This document shows positions 58,876 through 64,000 of a stretch of DNA of 64,000 bases, one piece after another. Within the stretch, counting starts at the first letter, position 1. Every line of letters begins with the position of its first letter. The translations under genes were made by a program, and so were the position numbers. Source of the DNA: Phycisphaerae bacterium (GTDB taxonomy: Bacteria; Planctomycetota; Phycisphaerae; UBA1845; Fen-1342); NCBI GenBank assembly GCA_050115495.1, contig JASFQK010000008.1:99686-163685 (forward strand), read 5' to 3'. The notes beneath the pieces were generated by a model. That model was not told the origin of the DNA. It searched no databases and worked only from the letters and a program-made list of their open reading frames with translations.

Positions 58876-59646
58876 ATGCACCTACGCCTTGTTCGCCACT
58901 GGTGGCCAGTCAGCGATCCGCTCTACGTCTCGCCACGGTTGTGGCCGCCCGTGTACTTCGCGCTGTTAACGGTGCCGGTGTGCATCGCACTCGCGGATAT
59001 CGGCAACGCAGCGGCTATCGTCGTGACGCTCTTGCTTGGCGCGGGCCTGATCGTCTACTCGATACGGCTAACGCGCTGGCTCCGAGCCGCTTACGAGCCC
59101 CGGTTCTCAGATGAGGCGCCGGCCGAGGACGCCCGCGTCATATGCTGCGGGGAGGGTGTGCAGTTGGACGAGGTCCAGGCGGCGCCGCGCTCATCCGCAC
59201 CGCTACGGGCCTACGTCGTCCTGCGTTCCGGAATGGTTCTTGGAACATGCTTGCTGTACAGCCTGTCGACGCTTGTGGTTGGGACGTTCAGGCTGCTGAC
59301 GACGGGCGTGCCGGACTTCACGTTGCCGGCAGAATACGCAACGCTTTGCGTGTTAGCTTGGATCGCATGCTTCACTGCGCCTTTCTGGTGCAACCTCCTC
59401 TGGGGCACGATCGTCGAAGTCGCCGGCGGCGTGCTGACGCTGCGCCGCCGCTGGTGCCTGTGGTGGCCGGGGCGGGTGCTGAAACAGGTCGACCTGCGCG
59501 AGGCGAGCGTCGAGTGCCGCTTCGACGACATGAAGCTGCTCATCGGACCGACGGCCCAGGCCCCCGCTGGTTTGAAGATCGGCCTGTGGCGGTTCGTCCG
59601 CCCGCATCGCCTGGCCGCCGCCGTGCTCCGGGCGGCGGAGGGATAG
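58876..59646 (+). CDS. Membrane protein with C-terminal PH-like domain
   Basis: Four TM helices, then IVEVAGGVLTL..VDLREASVEC; GGGAG RBS. Confidence 0.65.
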   Translation: MHLRLVRHWWPVSDPLYVSPRLWPPVYFALLTVPVCIALADIGNAAAIVVTLLLGAGLIVYSIRLTRWLRAAYEPRFSDEAPAEDARVICCGEGVQLDEVQAAPRSSAPLRAYVVLRSGMVLGTCLLYSLSTLVVGTFRLLTTGVPDFTLPAEYATLCVLAWIACFTAPFWCNLLWGTIVEVAGGVLTLRRRWCLWWPGRVLKQVDLREASVECRFDDMKLLIGPTAQAPAGLKIGLWRFVRPHRLAAAVLRAAEG

Positions 59647-59651
59647 CCATC

Positions 59652-60281
59652 ATGCCGAACGTCTACTCGCTTCGCGGTCTGCTGGACGCCGAGAACCGGA
59701 TGATCCGGCATTGGGCCCGGGCCGCGCTCGCCTGGACGCAGTCGAAGCGCCTGGCCCTGCTCACGACGGCGTCCTTCGCCGCCACGTTCGCCTCGCACGA
59801 CCCCTGGGTGGCACGCCTCCCGGACGTGTCGGACGACCTCCGCCGCAAGGGACGACACGGCTGGTACATGCGCTACCAGCAGGACCTGTCCGAGGTGGCG
59901 GAGCAGACGCTGCGTCGCCGGCTCGTGCGGGAAGTCCCGCCGGACGAGGACATCTCGGTTATGGAGCCTGCGCTCAAGCGGGCCTGGGCGCTGCACTGCG
60001 CGCGATACCGCGAGCCCGACCTCGTCGACTACCCGGTCGAGGCGTTCAACTTCCACCTCACGCTCGTCCGCGACGTTCACGGCGAGTTCACGCAGATTCT
60101 GACCGACGCCATTCCCGGCATCGACGTGGAGTTGCGGCAAGCGGCCGCCATGAAATGGGCCACCCCCGACCTCATCATCGAGCTCGCTCGATCTGCATCG
60201 CCCGACGAACTGGTCTGGTGGCGAAGACCGGCCAACGCGAACACAACCCTCGCCGACGAGGGCGAGCCGCCGCTACCGTAA
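59652..60281 (+). CDS. Hypothetical soluble protein
   Basis: ATG 5 nt after the previous stop; coding-like codon usage (MPNVYSLRGLLDAENR...). Confidence 0.65.
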   Translation: MPNVYSLRGLLDAENRMIRHWARAALAWTQSKRLALLTTASFAATFASHDPWVARLPDVSDDLRRKGRHGWYMRYQQDLSEVAEQTLRRRLVREVPPDEDISVMEPALKRAWALHCARYREPDLVDYPVEAFNFHLTLVRDVHGEFTQILTDAIPGIDVELRQAAAMKWATPDLIIELARSASPDELVWWRRPANANTTLADEGEPPLP

Positions 60282-60361
60282 TCGCCCGCCGGCCGCAGAT
60301 TGGCGAAGATTCGCACGCGCGTGTCGCATAGACGCGGTCCTCTGGCGGAGATTGACAAGCC

Positions 60362-60832
60362 ATGTTCGACGAACCGACCGTCCTGATCCGCGGTACCGTC
60401 GCCGGTTTGCGGTGGCTGCATGACACGCTGTCGACGCTGGCACACTCCGCGCCGGCGTCGGCGGAGCTGACCGGTCTCCCGCCGGGGACGGCCATGCTGG
60501 TCATCCGGGCGGCGTCGCTGTCCGAGCGGCCGCCGGACGAGCGGCCTTTGTTGGTGCGGGCGGCGTCGCGAATCGCCGTGGACGGCCCGCCGCTGGGCCA
60601 GCGTTTTCAGCCCGACGCCGACGGCCGCCGTCTGGCGACGTGGACCCTGGAGGCGGACCACTGGGCGATGTTCGCCGACCAGGTCGCCGCGGTGCTCGCC
60701 TCAGCGCGAGAGCACGACCATTGATACCTGGACGCGATCGACGCGGACGATGCGAGCGTCATGGTCGACGTTCACCACGCCCTCGCCGACACCGGCCACG
60801 CCCTCACGATCGAACTCGCGAACGCGCCGTAA
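60362..60832 (+). pseudogene. Hypothetical protein with an internal TGA (60722..60724)
   Basis: The frame continues after TGA as YLDAIDADDASVMVDV.. for 35 GC3-rich codons to TAA at 60832. Confidence 0.55.
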
Positions 60833-60843
60833 CCCCACTGGGT

Positions 60844-60924
60844 GCCACTGGTGGCTCGTCCACCAGTACGTTGTGTCGTTGAGCGAGTGAGCGCCGCGGG
60901 CCACTGGTGGCTTGCCCACCAGTG
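60844..60924. repeat. Two REP-like palindromes
   Basis: gccACTGGTGGctcgtCCACCAGT (60844..60867) and gcCACTGGTGGcttgcCCACCAGTG (60900..60924), each followed downstream by gagtgagcgc. Confidence 0.8.
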
Positions 60925-60987
60925 CGGGTATCGATGCGTGAGTGAGCGCGTACCGACGCACCGGATGCAATCCGGTGCCACAATCTG

Positions 60988-61057
60988 GCTGACGGCTGAC
61001 GGCTGACGCCTGATGGCTCAAGGCTAGAAGCTCAAAGCTCAAGACTCAAGGCTCGCA
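60988..61057. repeat. Degenerate 7-bp tandem repeat
   Basis: gctgacg x3, cctgatg, then gctcaag-type units. Confidence 0.8.
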
Positions 61058-61225
61058 ACTGGCCCACTAAGTACGAGTTACGGGCCTTCTTCCGGCCCAG
61101 CACCCCGGATCACACGTGTCGATCTTGCATGCGGGTGCTGCAAATGGGTACGATGGCATGGAGGGCGCTCGGCCGCGTGGCCAGGCGACGTTCATTCGGG
61201 GCATGTCTGGTGGAGGGACCTGGTC

Positions 61226-63817
61226 ATGGAGAGGTCGGAAGTGATCGGTAACATCATTCGCGTCTCGATCGTCGCGGCGGCACTGATCACCGGCTGCGGA
61301 GCCGCCGCGCTCGACGCACGTGCAGCCGTCATCGGCACGGCGCTCGAAGTAGGCCCGGACGCCCGTGGACCGTCCGAGGCAATCGACGCCTCCGGACAGC
61401 TCGGGCGCCGGGGCTTGGGCGACAGATCCCAGATCATCTACGTGGACGATGACAACACGTCCGGGCCGTGGGACGGGAGCATTGAGCATCCGTACCAGTA
61501 CATCCAGGACGGCATCAACCACGCCGCGGCCGGAGATACCGTTTTCGTCCTGGCCGGAGAGTACCTCGAAAATCTCATCGTTGATCGTTCGGTGATCCTG
61601 ACCGGGGAGGACCGCGACACGACGGTGATCGACGCCCGCGGCCTCGCGGCGGCTGTCTACATCAGCGCGGCGAACGTCACACTCTCCGGCTTCACCATCA
61701 CCGACGGCGCGGGTTCGGCCGCTGTGGTGCTGGTTTCCGACGGCAACACCGTCAGCAACAATCACATCACGAACAGCCCGGCGCCGCGTTGGGCCGCTGT
61801 GCTCCTATCGTACTCGTGGAACAACGAGATTTGCGGCAACCATATTACGTACACAGATCGGCAAGCGGCCATTTGGCTGAATGGCGCATGCGGAAACACG
61901 ATTTCGGGCAACACGTGCAGCGATAACGGCTTCACCGGCGTAACACTGTGGCTCGGCAGCGACAACAACACGATCAGCAACAACACATTCATGAACAGCC
62001 GGAATGGCGTCTCGTTCTCGGAGTCATCGCACAATACGCTTACCGGCAATGTCTTCGGTAACAATACATTCGATGGCGTACACGCGTCCGAATGCTCGGA
62101 CCTTGTGATCACGGACAATGTGTTCACCGCTGGCGGTGGCATTGAATTCGATGTGTACGATGACCCCGAGTTTTGGACGACGCACACAATTCAGGGCAAC
62201 ACGATTGACGGGCGCCCCATCTACTACTTCCATGGCGAGACGGGCGTCGTCGTGCCGGCGGATGCAGCGCAGGCCATCCTCGCCGACTGTCAGGATTGCT
62301 CAGTCTCCGGGCTCGTATGCCATGATTCCATCGTTCCCATTCAATTGGGGTTCTGCACGTCGTGTGCCGTGATGAACAACACCGTGACAGTCGAGTGGTA
62401 CAGCGACGGGATCGGGCTGGGCAGTTGCGACGGTATCACCGTCGTGGGCAATGACATCCGATCAACGTATGATCAGTATGAGGAGGATCCCGCTGTAAAC
62501 ATCGCCGCTGTGAAAGTCCTAGACGGTGGCCAGAACACGTACGGGTCCAATGTCATACGTGGGTTCAACCAGGGCATTCTCATACGTCGCTGGAACGATT
62601 CATATGGCAACGTCATTGCCGGCAACGACATCGCCAGCAAGCTGATCGGGATCTGGCTCATCGAGCACGGGGGAGATGGCACGGGGGTGCTCGTGTCAGG
62701 GAACACGTTCACCGACTGCCCTTTGGGCGCACTGAGCATTGGCCGTTGGCGGGGTGTCACGGCGGTGGAAAACGTGATGAATGGATGCAGCCTGGTCATC
62801 AGTGGCGAGGCGCTGGAGCACTGGAACACGCATACCATCGAGGGCAACACCGTCAACGGAGAGGAACTCGTCTACCGGGCCAATGAGGATGACTTTGCGA
62901 TCACGGGGGATGCCGGACAGGTGGTGCTGGCGAACTGCTATAACTTCGGAGTCGCTGGACTCGAGCTCGACTCCGTCTCGAGCGGAGTTGTTGGCGGATT
63001 CTGCTCGCACGGCCGCGTGGCGGACTCCACGTTTGTGAACTGCGGCGATTCTGCGATCTACTTCCAGATGAGCGACTACATCGAAGTCGCGCAGAACCAG
63101 ATCTCGGGCGGCGGACAGGGTATCACGTTCCGCGGCGGTGAGGGCAACAGGATCAACGAGAATCGCGTGATGAACGCAGGGAAGAACGGGATGTGGATCT
63201 TCGACTGCCAGGGGGCATCCGTGACTGGAAACGTCATTACCGAGACGCAGGCAACAGGCATTCGATGCTCCGGAGTCGGCGAAAGCGAGATCAACAGAAA
63301 CGCTGTTCGGTGCGGCGATTCGGTCGGCATTTTGCTTGGATCGGAGTCGGATGGCAACGAGGTTGCCGGCAACGCGATCGCACGTTGCGACACATACGGG
63401 ATTGTGCTGTCATATGACAGCACGGACAACCTCCTTCATGGAAACCAGTCGGTGGAGAACGGGACCAACGCGTTCGAGGTCGATGGGACGGCCGGTAACC
63501 TGTGGTACGGCCCGGAGGGTGGCAACTACTGGTCGGACTTCGAGCAGAATCCCGGCTACCCCGATTACTACGAGATCGCCGGCGACGGCACGGGCGTGGA
63601 TTGGTACCCGCTGGAAAGCGTCTTCACCTGCCCCTTCACGCCGGGCGATATCAACGGATCTTGCGGACCGGTCGACTTCGATGACTTCAGCACATTCGCC
63701 GCGTGCTGGGACGTCTGGCCCGACGACTGTGGTACCTACGGCTGCGCCGACGTGGACGGCGACGGCGAAATGGACCTACGGGACTTCGCTGCGTTCTCGC
63801 TCTTGTTCGGCGACTAA
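61226..63817 (+). CDS. Secreted right-handed beta-helix (NosD/CASH-like) protein with C-terminal dockerin-like domain
   Basis: Signal peptide; YVDDDN..GPWDGS.EHPYQYIQDGI; many N.I.GN.I repeats; GGNYWSD; GDING..VDFDDF..ADVDGDGEMDLRDFAAF. Confidence 0.85.
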   Translation: MERSEVIGNIIRVSIVAAALITGCGAAALDARAAVIGTALEVGPDARGPSEAIDASGQLGRRGLGDRSQIIYVDDDNTSGPWDGSIEHPYQYIQDGINHAAAGDTVFVLAGEYLENLIVDRSVILTGEDRDTTVIDARGLAAAVYISAANVTLSGFTITDGAGSAAVVLVSDGNTVSNNHITNSPAPRWAAVLLSYSWNNEICGNHITYTDRQAAIWLNGACGNTISGNTCSDNGFTGVTLWLGSDNNTISNNTFMNSRNGVSFSESSHNTLTGNVFGNNTFDGVHASECSDLVITDNVFTAGGGIEFDVYDDPEFWTTHTIQGNTIDGRPIYYFHGETGVVVPADAAQAILADCQDCSVSGLVCHDSIVPIQLGFCTSCAVMNNTVTVEWYSDGIGLGSCDGITVVGNDIRSTYDQYEEDPAVNIAAVKVLDGGQNTYGSNVIRGFNQGILIRRWNDSYGNVIAGNDIASKLIGIWLIEHGGDGTGVLVSGNTFTDCPLGALSIGRWRGVTAVENVMNGCSLVISGEALEHWNTHTIEGNTVNGEELVYRANEDDFAITGDAGQVVLANCYNFGVAGLELDSVSSGVVGGFCSHGRVADSTFVNCGDSAIYFQMSDYIEVAQNQISGGGQGITFRGGEGNRINENRVMNAGKNGMWIFDCQGASVTGNVITETQATGIRCSGVGESEINRNAVRCGDSVGILLGSESDGNEVAGNAIARCDTYGIVLSYDSTDNLLHGNQSVENGTNAFEVDGTAGNLWYGPEGGNYWSDFEQNPGYPDYYEIAGDGTGVDWYPLESVFTCPFTPGDINGSCGPVDFDDFSTFAACWDVWPDDCGTYGCADVDGDGEMDLRDFAAFSLLFGD

Positions 63818-64000
63818 GCCGGGTCCATGTCCTAGACTGTGTCTGACGGATCGAGCAAGTGTAGGGCGAGTTCCACCCAATGGTACTAACCTTGGTCTTG
63901 ACAGAATAGAGTCCTCGCTGATCTAAGTTGGTTATTGAGCAAGACTTAGTCAGGAGGACTCGCCGATGTTCACGGATGAACACAGACGTATCGTATGGGA

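Noticed and set aside
60722..60724. Selenocysteine codon
   Set aside because: No redox-motif context, no recognisable SECIS and no sel genes in the window.
60844..60924. Mini CRISPR array
   Set aside because: Only two imperfect palindromic units, similarity extends into the supposed spacers, and there are no cas genes.

Overview
GC-rich bacterial DNA, probably Planctomycetota (Phycisphaerae-like). This is inferred from PEP-CTERM proteins, dockerin-like Ca-binding domains, a prepilin/H-X9-DG-type protein and several TM+CxxCGY..CPECG zinc-ribbon proteins. No rRNA, tRNA, CRISPR array, transposase or integrase was recognised. Main contents: (1) 18.8-33.6 kb, an Rhs polymorphic-toxin locus with a dockerin-bearing Rhs, a second Rhs ending in a terminal HINT domain, two orphan tip cassettes, four toxin-adjacent candidate immunity genes and two further Rhs relics (33.5 and 44.1 kb). 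(2) 33.6-38.2 kb, a minus-strand operon headed by a His/CxxC/RGPP DUF2946-like leader, encoding two exported proteins that share CPLxH...HxHM motifs, a pilin-like protein, a methyltransferase and TrmO; this is a candidate metal-responsive surface-capture system. (3) 39.7-48.3 and 54-61 kb, runs of small co-oriented membrane-protein genes resembling a poly-immunity region. (4) 13-14.9 kb, a phage-type amino-DNA methyltransferase coupled to a PLP fold-II enzyme. The rest is ordinary or accessory genes: serine hydrolase, GH17, GH13, FGE-domain protein, aqpZ, AlkD-like, CpaE-like, SWIM-SNF2, VKOR-DsbA, GT-C, AAA+/DUF4143, arylsulfotransferase, a beta-helix protein and a truncated hen1. All family calls come from motif recognition by eye, not database searches.
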